From Pecten maximus (Eukaryota), in contig NC_047023.1 in NCBI RefSeq assembly GCF_902652985.1, positions 20,150,001 to 20,214,000 on the forward strand: 64,000 nucleotides of DNA, written 5' to 3'. The notes below the pieces were generated by a model. It did not search any database, was not told the origin of the DNA, and saw nothing but the letters and a program-made list of their open reading frames with translations. Both the position numbers and the translations under genes were made by a program. Positions within the stretch are counted from its first letter, which is position 1; every line of letters begins with the position of its first letter. Positions 1 through 14,200 of this stretch are shown here, piece by piece.

Positions 1-793
1 TGATTTAGTGGCGTTGTGAGACTAATCGCAGGCTTTAACAAATGTATGTATGTAAGTTATAAGCAAAAATCATGTACAGAATATCAACCCTCAACTTCAT
101 ACTTGACTCGACGCCATACTGCTAACTATGAAGGTTGCGGGCGACCTAATTACCCTAATCAGTGCACGATTGTGCAAAAAAAAAAAAAAAATTCAACATT
201 TATTTCTATTTATTTCACCACTTATAATTTATAAATTTTGATTTTTAAAATTAAATATAACATGTTTTGGGAAATAAAAAACTTAGTTTCTTGATTTTAA
301 CTATGCAACTAGAAAAACACAATAGATGATATGTGGTCTTTTCGGTTCATTGCATTCTGATTCGGGTGGACTGTGGTCAGTTGTACTGTCACTTACAAAA
401 TGGCGGGTCAACAGTATGAAATTTTGACTAGCGTAAAGTGAAGGTCTACACTGTACTGATGGAATAAAACACCTAGATAGGACTAAATAGGTGTTCTGGG
501 GTAAATAAATATCTCATTTATCCATATATGTAAGGCAGGTGTTATGTCACGCCCGATTTTATTGTATTTGCATCAAAATCTTAGCACCACGGTGTCGGAG
601 AAGTTTACGTTTTCATATAGCAGTGCGCTCCAGACATGGTGTTAGGGCCAGAGGAAACTCAGGCTAAAAGCAACTATACTATAAATATATGAAATGAATA
701 TTGATAGCAGGATCTGTTGTTAAAATGTTACTTTCATTGACTCAAATGAATTAATTATTCTCACGTCTAGGAATAAAGAGTGGGCATGTTTAC

Positions 794-896
794 CTTCACA
801 TCCTATCAGAATCTCTCTCCGACCTGGATTATAGCCGATTGCAGTGATGGATCGTGTGTGGGTATCACGGATGGTGTACAATTTTTCCATCGCCAT
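794..896 (-). CDS. First coding exon of a WD40-repeat-type protein; the gene continues leftwards, probably beyond the window
   Basis: caaaATGGCG start context. Translates as MAMEKLYTIRDTHTRSITAIGYNPGRREILIGCE+G, a WD40-like H..ITAI.YNP...ILIG.E(D) blade. Phase-1 donor G|gtaaac at 794/793. Confidence 0.65.
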
Positions 897-1467
897 TTTG
901 AACTTCAATGATGAATGCAGTGGCGGAAAAGAAGAATTTTATCAACTTAATTGTGTTGTTAAAACTACCATGTTCAGTGTATGTAGATATTCATTTCTTC
1001 TGCATTATTTACATTACAGAACACTGAGAACCGACGAATGATAAGAGTTTGCCGCCATGACAGTATTTCTTGACAACCACGCATGCTCAATATAAACTTC
1101 CGATTGCAGAAGGGACCAGTCATTGTTTTTACATACATGTGTCAGGGAGTAATCGCTGCAAAATTTGTCAAACTGTCAACGCGAGCACACTGGGGTATTC
1201 TTTAGGAATGATTAAATATCAATGTATTCGCATTTGTTTAAAAATCTATAAATCGTGTCGCGTCAACATTTTAAGAGCGTTAGATGTGATCAGAGTCACC
1301 AATGTCACATTAATAAATGGACATGATTAAAAAAAAAATCATCGAGGAAAGAGAAATTAGATTGTATGTAGATCTAGATCTACTAAAAACTCTTATTCCG
1401 TCTATAACATCGTCTATGACCTAAATCATAATGTCGTAGAAAACGTCCCATTAGGCCTAGTTCTGAT

Positions 1468-1653
1468 NNNNNNNNNNNNNNNNNNNNNNNNNNNNNNNNN
1501 NNNNNNNNNNNNNNNNNNNNNNNNNNNNNNNNNNNNNNNNNNNNNNNNNNNNNNNNNNNNNNNNNNNNNNNNNNNNNNNNNNNNNNNNNNNNNNNNNNNN
1601 NNNNNNNNNNNNNNNNNNNNNNNNNNNNNNNNNNNNNNNNNNNNNNNNNNNNN
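1468..1653. other. Assembly gap (N run)
   Basis: Run of N. Confidence 1.
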
Positions 1654-2275
1654 GGCCAGAGACCTATAGTATCTCTGTGTAGGCCTATTTTGAATATCCC
1701 ATTTAAAAGATAAAACTAAGAATCGACATTTATGATTTATCTTAATGATTTTGTTAACGTTATGGAGTCACGAGAGAACGTTCCTTTACAGGGACTTAGA
1801 TGTATTATTAGTGAACATTATAAATAGCCACACAGTTTCCGCGAATTTTCTCTTCAGTAATTATAACTACTCAAATTTTCTAGAAATGATAAACTAGACG
1901 TAAACTAGCCGTATGATACTACAGAACCTTGACCTGAGGTGTTGCTGATATATAGTTTAAATATATAATACAACCCACAGCGAGACACAGTACTTCAGTA
2001 TATTAAATTACTACGACGAGGTTCATGGAGTATTTTACAGGAAGTACATGGTGAAAACTCTATCAAATGCCCGGTATTCCATTTCTTCTAAGTGCATGAT
2101 ACTTAACTGAAAACAAATTAAAAAAAAAAAGTGTTAAAATTATCTTATTTATTTACATAGGCTAAAAGTAAGAGTGTTTTGTATCAAATCTCATATGAGA
2201 TGAAAATTATGTTCTGATGAAAGTTTTGATTACATAATCGAGAATTTCTCTTGTTTTATTATCAAGAATTTCTGA

Positions 2276-2822
2276 AGTCTTAGTTCAAATATTCAAAATA
2301 CTCTCTATTTTTAGTACATTGTCAATAATTTCTCTGGATTTGATTATATAAGTATCAAGAATCTGTTTAGTTTCGACAACATTATCAAGGTTTTCTCTAA
2401 AGTTTTGCCCATTCTTGAATTGCAATACCCTTTTGGTTGGTTCCTTTTTTCCTCTCCATTGTGACAACTTGGTTTATGACGCCACTTCATTATCATAGTT
2501 ATTACCACAACATTACCATATTACACGGGTTCACATAGAAAGTGTAGCACAAGTCTGTTCATAGAATAACACCGATAATATGAGTACAAGTTATCGAGAG
2601 ACGTGGACATACCCTGGGTCCGACAGACAGACATATTGATACCCTCCCACTTACAGGTCCATCTACAGAGTTCTCACAACCAAATCGTCAGCCAAAACTA
2701 CACAAAACACTAAATAATATAGATAGTCTTAGTTCAAATATTCAAAATACTCTCTATTTTTAGTACATTGTCAATAATTTCTCTGAATTTGATTATATAA
2801 GTATCAAGAATCTGTTTAGTTT
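2276..2822. repeat. ~98-bp direct repeat (2276-2373 and 2725-2822) flanking ~350 bp
   Basis: agtcttagttcaaatattcaaaatactctct...gaatctgtttagttt is present twice, near identical. Confidence 0.85.
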
Positions 2823-4204
2823 TATATGGTGAATAGTGATTACCTCTATTTAAATACAGATATCTGTATTAAAATCAAAGATATGTTTATTTAAGATATA
2901 TCATATATATCTGTATTTATTTGCTATAATTATGTTTGAATTCAAGATATATTTATTCAAAATACAGATATCTGTAATATCGTCAACAGATCTCTAATTT
3001 AAATAAAGATGTCTGAATTAAATGAGTAAAAACTCAAACAGCTTGCCATATATAAACGATAAATGTGGAATACCGTACCGGACGTTTTACATGTAATATC
3101 TCAAATCATTATAATGTATAATGGCGAGCGGGGCCCAGACCAAGGGCATGTAACGAAGAAATCAAGGTTAATAAATCGTGATGAGTTTGAATAACACACT
3201 ATAGTAACAATTCTCTCAGATGACGTGTAAAATGTATACAGTTATATTTAAGATGATCCAGAACCAAATGTTTGTCTGAAGAAGATCGCAGAACATCCGA
3301 AGGGGCTATCTTAGACTTATGGAGCATAGGTATACCTTAGCACTTGTTACAGTCTACGTGTATTTGGACCTTCCCTGTGTGTATAACACATTTTCAGACG
3401 TTTTGGGGGTACTGGATTAAAATTTGATAAAAATGACATCCCCGGTGATGAGTATATATCTACGTATATGTATAGGTCAGGTTTTTGTGCTCTGAAGCAC
3501 ACAACTTCACAAGTTTGTTAATATTAACCAAACATTACACAATGCCCATATTAAATGATGAAACATGAAATTGAGCCCTTTATGGAATCCCCCACGTTAT
3601 TTAAAGGGTAGTGCCTACACACTTGTTGTATTGTAAGTGTGCCTAGTCATAAGTCCTAGGTGGAAAGAAAACACCATGTCCTCGGATCACGAGGACCTCT
3701 ACAGTCCTAAGTATCTATCTATAAGGTAATCTCAAGCCAGACGTAAGAGTCACACACTTCAATAACAATAGTCGTAAGGGTGAAGATGATGCCCTGAAAA
3801 AATGACAAATATTTTTTTTATGATTCAGATCATAGTGTTATCACCTTTTGTCAGAACTATTTCCTCCTACAGAAAGATTGACGTCATAAAGTATCGCCCT
3901 TAAGTTAGAAAACATATCTTCGGACATGATTTTCTGTAACAATACGATAGGTTATATAACCGTGGAAGCTGAACATATAAATGTATTATGACGTCAACAA
4001 AGAAAAAGGAAAGAGAGTGAAAACAATACCAGTGTTGATATGACAAAACACACCTGTAGCGTTTCACGACAAAAAAACAACCTAGACTTGAACCTCAGCA
4101 CCAGATTTTTACATTTCACATAATTTGAGTTTCATCCGCCTCCTCTTACATATCAACAATTTTAAACGGCCGCCAGTATGGCTGACGAGTCCTAGAACAA
4201 TAAC

Positions 4205-5575
4205 TGGGAGAAGTGAAATGTAGTGTAACTTTGGGAGAAGTGAAATGTAGTGTAACTTTGGGAGAAGTGAAATGTAGTGTAACTTTGGGAGAAGTGAAAT
4301 GTAGTGTACCTCTGGGAGAAGTGAAATGTAGTGTACCTCTGGGAGAAGTGAAATGGAGTGTACCTCTGGGAGAAGTGAAATGGAGTGTACCTCTGGGAGA
4401 AGTGAAATGGAGTGTACATCTGGGAGAAGTGAAATGTAGTGTACCTCTGGGAGAAGTGAAATGGAGTGTACCTCTGGGAGAAGTGAAATGGAGTGTACCT
4501 CTGGGAGAAGTGAAATGGAGTGTACCTCTTGGAGAAGTTAAATGTAGTGTACCTCTGGGAGAAGTGAAATGTAGTGTACTTCTGGGAGAAGTGAAATGTA
4601 GTGTACCTCTGGGAGAAGTGAAATGTAGTGTACATCTGGGAGAAGTGAAATGTAGTGTACCTCTTGGAGAAGTTAAATGTAGTGTACCTCTGGGAGAAGT
4701 GAAATGTAGTGTACTTCTGGGAGAAGTGAAATGTAGTGTACATCTGGGAGAAGTGAAATGTAGTATACATCTGGGAGAAGTGAAATGTAGTGTACATCTG
4801 GGAGAAGTGAAATGTAGTGTACCTCTTGGAGAAGTGAAATGTAGTGTACTTCTGGGAGAAGTGAAATGTAGTGTACATCTGGGAGAAGTGAAATGTAGTA
4901 TACATCTGGGAGAAGTGAAATGTAGTATACCTCTGGGAGAAGTGAAATGTAGTGTACCTCTGGGAGAAGTGAAATGTAGTGTACATCTGGGAGAAGTGAA
5001 ATGTAGTGTACCTCTGGGAGAAGTGAAATGTAGTGTACCTCTGGGAGAAGTGAAATGTAGTGTACTTCTGGGAGAAGTGAAATGTAGTGTACATCTGGGA
5101 GAAGTGAAATGTAGTGTACTTCTGGGAGAAGTGAAATGTAGTGTACCTCTGGGAGAAGTGAAATGTAGTGTACCTCTGGGAGAAGTGAAATGTAGTGTAC
5201 CTCTGGGAGAAGTGATATGTAGTGTACCTCTGGGAGAAGTGATATGTAGTGTACCTCTGGGAGAAGTGAAATGTAGTGTACCTCTGGGAGAAGTGAAATG
5301 TAGTGTACTCCTGGGAGAAGTGAAATGTAGTGTACCTCTGGGAGAAGTGAAATGTAGTATACATCTGGGAGAAGTGAAATGTAGTGTACATCTGAGAGAA
5401 GTGAAATGTAGTGTACCTCTGGGAGAAGTGATATGTAGTGTACCTCTGGGAGAAGTAAAATGTAGTGTACCTCTAGGAGAAGTGATATGTAGTGTACCTC
5501 GGGGAGAATGAAATGTAGTGTACCTCTGGGAGAAGTAAAATGTAGTGTACCACTTGGAGAATGAAATGTACTGTA
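4205..5575. repeat. 27-bp minisatellite, ~50 copies
   Basis: Unit tgggagaagtgaaatgtagtgtacctc; produces the 9-aa periodic ORFs on both strands. Confidence 0.97.
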
Positions 5576-5810
5576 CTTCGACGGTTGAAAATCCTATCTA
5601 ACGATCTCTAAGTATTGTACAAGTCTATCTCCAGTATCAAGGTAAAATAATAAACGCAAACGAACAATGTGAAATCAAGGTATGTAAAGACAATGTATAC
5701 CTATGTATCGATGGACAAGGACAAAAAAGACAATGGCTTGATATAGAACACAACAAAATATGTTCACCAAGTTCGTCATAACGTACATCTATATACCACA
5801 GCGTCAACAC

Positions 5811-5895
5811 TACCTCGAATTTCCTCTGACCCTGACACCAATTCTGGTGTCAGCATGTCCAAGTCTGGTGTCAGGGCCAGAAGAAACTCAGGCTA
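5811..5895. mobile_element. 85-bp MITE with ~30-bp TIRs and 9-bp TSD (Academ/AcademH-like non-autonomous element by termini)
   Basis: Left tacctcgaatttcctctgaccctgacacca vs right tggtgtcagggccagaagaaactcaggcta. TSD cgtcaacac at 5802-5810 and 5896-5904. The same right end also occurs at ~638-666. Confidence 0.8.
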
Positions 5896-8177
5896 CGTCA
5901 ACACAACATTAAAGCTAAAATTATCGTACTTTAGTGCCGAACGTTTCATATGAACGTGATTGTTTTATAGTTATGTTATAAAACTGTTTCATCTTTACTT
6001 CTCACTGGATTCGAGTTCCTCAAAAAAAACCAAATCACTCAAACATAGAATAGAACCTTGTAAATATGTTTGTCATGTAGGGCGAGTACTGCATCATTAT
6101 CAGTACAAAACGGCGCCAGCACTTGTAATGCACTATATAAATCGTCCAGACATCACTAGTAATACGTCATCGAAGAGCTGGTCTGGACGTAACTGTGTCA
6201 CGTGTATAGGAGTGATAGATTCTAGAAACAGGCTTAGACCAATATCATTACTATGTAGTTGTATATGGTAGTATCATTTCAAAAGGGAGACAGTCATTGG
6301 TGTTCTCTCATTAAAGCATTACGTTAATGATGTACAATGTGTAGTTAAAGGAGAGGGTTTACATAATTCTAGCCCGATCCTATTGGATTTACATGAATCT
6401 TTAATGGCAATAGGATATGTTAAGATGAAAAATCTTTAAGTCATTTCTTCTGGTCTGTCACTTTTGAACCAGATACTAGTAGCATCACTAGAGAGCCCCG
6501 GAAAGGCATATCGTAGCAAAACTCATTATTTGGTATATATTACACAATATGAAGATGTTTGTGGAGTCTTTTGTACGATAACCTGATGGCACCAACAAAA
6601 CCTGTACATAATCCATACTAACCTGCATTACCCTAAACTCTGTGCTTCAGGACTGAGTTACAGCACTGGAAATCAACTATTTAAGGATTAAACTGTCTTT
6701 TATTGGTGTCTATGGTCGATATAGATGCCAGAGCTTTGCAAACAAACGTCATATTGTGCGCTTATTTTGCTTATATTTACATTCTCGACATATTCGTTTT
6801 GTTATTTTTGAAAATTAAAATTGAATTAGCATAAAAAATGCCAATATTCAGCGATTTCGTCAATGGGGTTCGACAAATAGAACAGCCTATTTTTTCGAAA
6901 TTCATTTGTCACGTGCAGAATGGCAAACAAAAAAGTGCATTGAAATAATACGGAAAAAACACAGTCTGTTCAGTTTTCTTTTATCATTTGTGTAACAATA
7001 TTTTATAAAATGTCTTTTTGATACTTTTTAATTAACATAAAAAACGATTTACGTTAGTTACAAGTAGTTCCGGTGGGTGAATATATTCATGCGCGGCATG
7101 GATTGATGTCACGTTTTGGGTGTCAATTATGGTCACACAGACTGCAAATCGTTTTACTTAGTTTATATCGTGGCTTTCAAAATGTAAATATAGAACCATA
7201 AAAACACAATATGTGTGGGAAAACAGGAATGTTTCTTACAAGAAAGGGAAATTTCAGGATAGGAAAATCAAAATCATCTTGCCCACCATACAGCACATAA
7301 GCAAGTCATCCATGTCCGTCCGGAAGTAAAGCTCGATGTAAGTCGCTGGTGTAGTGGTTTAGCTCTAGATGGTAGACGTTGTATGTCTATATATGTATGT
7401 CAACATGAAACTCAAACAAAATTGATGACAATGACTCTAACCACATCATCTTTGGCTTTATTTTGTTTCACAACATGCAGTCGCTGCAATGTAGTTTGCT
7501 ATCGTTTACTACCAATAAGAGGTCGGAAGATTTGAAGCTTGTTTGAGGAATTTGTGGTGTAAAGACTATTTACAGATATGCACAAGATTCATATCAATAT
7601 ACCATGATTACATTTCATGGAGGGTGATATCAAAAGTTAGATAATGGATTGATTGAGTAAATAGCAGAACCAGCCATAAAATGTTGATATGAAAAAAAAA
7701 AAAAAAAAAAAAACCTACTTATATCTTATACATTTATATACATTTAATATGAACTACAATTTTTATTTGTAAAATTTTCCAATCATAAACTCTTTATTAA
7801 AGGGTTTGACCTATTTCGAATGTGATAAATGATAAATATGCGAGAAATTAAGGAGCAGTTTAATTCAGCCTGTTCCCCTTTTTATTTAAATATATTGACT
7901 GTGTAGAAGGTAAACCATTAATAATTTATTTGTATGTTATGGAACCCCTTCCCCCAGACAGTATATTAGACCCTCTAATGACCTATATGTCTAGCATTTA
8001 GAGCTACATTGTCTCACATTGAAGCCGAGTATTACGCAGAAGCAGGTCAATTTGATTCGTGGGTTGGCCTTCTACCGGAAAGTGGTGCTCGAATCTTAAT
8101 CTCCACTCAGCGTACTTGCCAGGCATCCTATCGGGAAGGTGAAAAATAGAACTGGTGACATCGCCCCCACAAACTCA

Positions 8178-8183
8178 TATATA
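8178..8183 (+). promoter_or_regulatory. Candidate TATA box of gene A
   Basis: TATATA ~55 bp upstream of ATG 8236. Confidence 0.45.
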
Positions 8184-8235
8184 CTGTGGCTCGGCCATCA
8201 GATACCAAATACTTTGGCGACCATTGCGCGACACC

Positions 8236-11200
8236 ATGTGGTTCCACATAGTGATTGCAACGGCGATCTTGCTGATGGTGAGGATATGTTGAAAAATTGT
8301 CAATTGAAAGTAACATATCATTTAAAAATTCTTATTTGGTTTATCCGAAGGAAAATAAACCAATTTATTCTCATTTTGAAAAAAAAGTAAATTGCAGATC
8401 TGTTTAAAGCTATTAGTGGTTTAAATGTTTTGTGCAAGGAACACACGGCTGCTATTCTGATATTCAAATATCCGATAGAAGCAAAAACAAAGAAAATGTT
8501 CTTTAGTTTTTGTATAACATGTTTCAATTATTAACTGGATATTTTCTCTCTCTGCAGAATGAAGTCGAGTCCGCACCTCAGCCGACAGCTGGTAAGTCAT
8601 ACATTCTTATATTCTATTGACCGAAACAATCATGCATGTTGTCTTTCCCCTCTTGGTGTTTGTCTCCTGATTAATATTGTGTATTATCAGTCAGTAAGAC
8701 GTGATATACATTGGAGATTACTGTTGACCTAGTTATTTAAAATGCTGGACGCCTAACATTTCGTTAATGAGTAATGGGTATGTAGTAATTGAACGGAAAG
8801 ACGGTTGCTATAATCCGGATATTGTTCCGACGATTTTTTTCGTGAAATTTTTGTGTGTTTAATTTTGGCTCATTCACCCCAGGCGCCAAATAAACAAACA
8901 TATAACAACATCCAAAATATCCCAAAGTACGGTATCAAATATCAAACCATTATCGTGTATATATAATTTTAACCAAAGTAATTTTTCCATTCAATAATGA
9001 GGCATACTACCCGTTGCCTCATAATCGTTAAACTTTAAATTGGTTTCTCATAATTGCTCGACTATGACACAACTAATCCGAGCGCATCAGAATCGCTCGA
9101 TGGTTAAAATCTAGTTGGTGCAATGTGGATGTCTGGAGCTGTCGACAACAAATCAAATACTGTGATCTAATGATAATTTAGGATTTTTGTTAAATATTTA
9201 ATGATAACCATTTGATAAATTGTATGATCATTCATTAATAATATATTATTAACACTGAGTTATAACGAAGAGGCAAATTCTTTACCCTTGCCTGCTGAAT
9301 AACAAAACGGAAAGAGAGTTACATAAATATTGTTGCATACTTGCTAAATATAAGGAGCAGAAATCTGTTCATTATAATCATCGTTTATATAATTTGAATA
9401 TCATTGGCATCTAAGATGACTATCAAATTAAGATGACTATCATAATTGATTTTAATTATTTCAATTGCTTTGTTCTTTATGTTACTTTGTTCAAGATTAA
9501 ACTAAATAAACATACAAGGATCGAATAATTTTTAATCAAGCTTCAAAGCTATTTCGGAGATTTCTGAAGCATTGTTTATCATAATCCGTGATTCTACATA
9601 TTATGAAGTTTATAGTCCGGAATTTGAGTTATGGAAGATATGTTTTTGATAATTGCAAGAAATTCTAACTTAACCGTAGAGTCACAAATGCAGCATATAC
9701 TGCCTGTATTTCAACACTGCGAAAGAGTTTATATTTCTTGAAGTTCCTGTTTTCCTCATTCGACAATATGAAACAATGACATATCATAATTACCACATAA
9801 GCAATATGGTGCCGGAAACAAACGCTTACCCTATTTAGATCACCCTGTTTTGCNNNNNNNNNNNNNNNNNNNNNNNNNNNNNNNNNNNNNNNNNNNNNNN
9901 NNNNNNNNNNNNNNNNNNNNNNNNNNNNNNNNNNNNNNNNNNNNNNNNNNNNNNNNNNNNNNNNNNNNNNNNNNNNNNNNNNATACATTAGAACGGTTAT
10001 TTTGGTCATGGAGAACTTCGATGTCTACCTATAGCATCACCCTGTATTTTACTAGTTGACCCAGTTTATCAGTCAAAGGCTATCAGAGGAGTATTCCTCA
10101 ATGGCAGTATAAATCGGTCTTAAAGACCGAGAAAAAAACGTAAAGACCGATTTATCTTGTGTAATGACGATGGTACACTTAATAAATGCACGTTTTGTCT
10201 TTTTTTTCACTTAAAAGCAGACTAACAATCAATACTAACAGTTGAGCATTAAAATGCCTTCTTTGGCAAGTTAATGTTCTATAATTCTCATAGGATTGCA
10301 GACAAAATATGATTTACGATTAATTTGTCTGCAATCCTGTGATAATTACAGGACCATTACTTTCCAAAGAAGGCAGTTCAATACTTATATTTCTGTTTTA
10401 AATTTAACGTTTCCTTATATTCAACAGGTAACAGTGTTATCACATTGAAGTCAATGTGACCTGTTCTTGTGACGTAACGAGTATAAGCTGTTGTTTTGTA
10501 GTTTATTACATTGTATTTATGTTTAGCTTCAAATTACGTATATGACTGCAAATAAGAAATTATTTAATTCCAATGGTTTGGGTTACTTCTCCTGGCTCTG
10601 GTAAGGTGATTTTATCAGATACAGACGCAGGACAAAAGTATTCGCACGATTACGTGTGTTAAAAGCAACGGAATCTTGTGAATACTTTTGTCCTGGTTAT
10701 GAAGCATAATACGTTATTAACTACAGAGAATATAAATGCATGTATTATTATTTTTTTTATTTATATTTATTTGTTGATACAGACACGCAATGTGGCCCTA
10801 TGGATGTCGTGTTCCTGTTGGATAGTTCTCAGGAGATGAGTCTCGAAGACTTTGAAAAACAACTCGAGTTTGCCAATGGTATTGTTGACCGATTAGATAT
10901 TGGGCCAGGTCCGACACAGACGAGAGTCGGGGTCATTAGTATCGGGTATACATACCTGCTTCAATTCTACCTCAGGACACATACATCCAAGGATGATGTG
11001 AAGACGGCTATAAGCCAGATCAACCATCGCTTCTCGTACAAAACCAATACCGGATCTTCAATCCGATTCATGACACGGTATATGTTCAGACCGTTCTTTG
11101 GCGGCCGCCCAGGAGCGACGCGAGTTGCGATTGTAATAACTGATGGACGGTCCAAGGATGTCAAGAGTTCCAGGTTTGAGGCCCTCCTTGCTAGGAAGAA

Positions 11201-14200
11201 GGGTATTAAAATGTTTGTAATTGGAGTTGATGTCCAGAATGAATACGAACTCATCAGTATTGGTAGTAAACCAAAAGACAACTACGTGTTCAAGGTGGCC
11301 AATTATGAAGATCTTCATTCCGTAATACCTAATTTGCCAAGAACCTCTTGTGAAGGTATGTAGATTTCTATCTACAATCATTTAGGTAATATGAACAGCG
11401 GAATCATGCAATTATTTTTGTTCCTACATTTTAAAAAGTTGGCTTAGCATGTTTAGGGTTTTTGATATGTTGTTCTGAACTTGAAGGTGCTGTTTAATCA
11501 GAATCGTCTCAGATTATTTTCTTATTAAAAGTAAATTATATGTTTTTAGTGTGTATCAAAGATATGTATTTTGTGACATTTAAGGCGACATTGACAAATA
11601 TATGCGGATCCTTACAAGTAGTATGCTTTTTGTTCGGTTCAGATAAATCGTTTTATCTTAGCACTTCAAGCAGTCTCCCTTATGGTATTGTAGTGTCTAG
11701 GGGAGCCACTTTCGTTCTTCAAAAACAAATTATAGATACGGAACTTGCATAATGATGCACATTAAGGGTGAATTCCTGTCCTATCTTTCATTATAGACAG
11801 TATGTCCTTGACCTGTCAATGAGGTTCCAAAGGCTAATTTATCAAACGAACTATGTAAACATTGTCTTAAGTCGGTCAACTATAGATGACGATGTCAAAA
11901 CCTGATAACTGGTTACTTTAACATATCAGACATTCTGCTCGCAAATCCAATACTACTACACACTTCTTTAAGAAAACATGTACGGCAGAAATAATGTTAG
12001 AGAATCAGATTTTTTTTGTTCACAAAACATTTCATTGTACTTGATATTCTATTCCACACTAATATTCATTTCGTTATTTTACTCTGTTTTTAATTTGCAC
12101 TTATATTTATATTATTCTATAAAAAAAACTTTAATGGGTTTTATTGTGTAATCTCCGCTATTGAATAACTTCATTACTGCAGGTCTATGTTAATTGCGAT
12201 TAATGGCGTGTTCTTAATTGACACACGCCTTGCTGCAGGCGATGAAGTGTCATGTATGAATATTCTTCCGATTTAGTCATACTGTATACGTTAGAGTTTC
12301 CTATTAACAACGTGATAGTCAGGAAATAAATACTAGAACAGAGACACTAGAAACAAGGGTTTTGTTTATTCTTACAATATCATGCACCTTAATTGACCTA
12401 CTTGTTGAATCGGCTATTCTTATGTATATGAAAAACGCAAGCTGATGCCGGGCTTGATTTCAACAGGAAAACACTTTTTGTACAAACACATAAGCTCATG
12501 TGCCCGCTCTCTAATAACACTTAAACATGATTTGATTGGGTTATATTGATATAAATATCAATACAGTAATGGTCTAGTTAATCGCTTTTGTTTCTTATCT
12601 TCATGCAGTGTCTTCATTGACTACAAGACGCCCAGCACCAACCAAACGATTCACCTTTGCCCCGCTCAACTTTGACGCGTTCAAATTTGTGCCAACGAAG
12701 GCACGTGCTCCAATATCTGTGCCGTCCTCGGTGACATCTGCGCGGACAACACGGGCGAAGATTCCAGCTACCTCTGTCTCAACTACTGGTCCACCCACTA
12801 CAAAGATACTAACATCCTCTAATCCATCTTCTTCCGAATCAACGCAAAAAACTACTGGTCCCCAATCACAAGGTATGACCACAAATCCTCCATCTACACA
12901 AGCGCCAACAACTCGTGGTCCCATTTCATCTCCTGCGACGACAAATATCCCGTCTACACCAGCGCCAACAACTCGTAGTCCCATTTCATCCACCACTACC
13001 ACAAATATCCCGTCTACACAAGCGCCAACAACTCATGGTCCTATTTCATCTCCTACGACGACAAATATCCCGTCTACACCAGCGCCAACAACTCGTAGTC
13101 CCATTTCATCCACCACTACTACAGATATACCGTCTACACCAGCGCCAACAACTCGTAGTCCCATTTCATCCACCACTACCACATATATACCGTCTACACA
13201 TGCGCCAACAACCCGTAGTCCCATTTCATCCACCACTACCACATATATTCCGTCTACACCAGCACCAACAACTCGTGGTCCCAATTCATCTCCTACGACG
13301 ACAAATATCCCATCTACACCAGCACGAACAACTCATGGCCCTATTTCATCAACCACTACCACAGATATTCCGTCTACACCAGTGCCGTCAACCCACGGTC
13401 CCAGTTCTTCTTCTTTTGTCACAAATCCTACATCTACACCAACGCCAACAACTCATGGTCCACATTCACCTACACAAACGCCGACAACCAATTATCGGTC
13501 GTCAACGCCGCCATCATCATCACCTAGGGCAATCATTTCTTCATACGAAGTCTCGAATCAACCACCAGAGCTGGTTTCCCCCGACGGTTTATCTGACATA
13601 TCTTTGTCCAATGAACCTGTGGAGATCAACAATGCTCCTACAAAGCAAGTTTCAGAGACAAAGGGAGCATACTATAAGTATTTTAAGAAACTCTATAAAG
13701 AGAAACGACCTTTACAGAGAATGTCAACGGGAAATAATATACCCAATGTTCTCTCAAGCAACAACGGTAAATGGGCCCCGGCCCCCGGCAACCAGAAGAA
13801 TGAACGGCAGTACGACGCCATGATGAAAAAAGACAAGCAGATTTGGTCTATGATGATGGGGCCACCTAAGCCTATTAAAAGGCCTTTCCGATTCAACAAG
13901 CTATCTCGTGACATCGCTATTGCAGATGAGCCGAAGCAATGTAAGTATTCCAAAAGTTGACACATTTTCAAGATCAAAATATATTTGTGTGAAACATGCT
14001 CTTATAGGCAGACATGTTTTTGCATGCATTGTGAATGACTATTTGTTTTAGATACCTTGCTATTTACTTTACATGCGTAACAATATAACTCAGATACCTG
14101 CTTTACCTGCTTTGGAAGTTTCCATACCTTCCAGCCGATAATAAACACGTCCAGATGTCTTAAGAAACTTATTTTGTGATGTAATGTTTGCTATCACGTC

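Noticed and set aside
4192-5511. 399-aa and 432-aa ORFs on opposite strands
   Set aside because: Pure translation of a 27-bp minisatellite with no unique sequence, signal peptide or evident splice context
7425-7535. Alternative signal-peptide-like ORF (MTMTLTTSSLALFCF) for gene A
   Set aside because: No good donor in a compatible phase; the 8236 exon has a TATA, a donor and size/phase agreement with the paralogs
12601-13823. Alternative-frame and antisense ORFs (Gln/His/Leu-rich; Val/Gly-rich) over the mucin exon
   Set aside because: Shadow frames of a coding tandem repeat; only the Thr/Pro/Ser frame matches the splice phases
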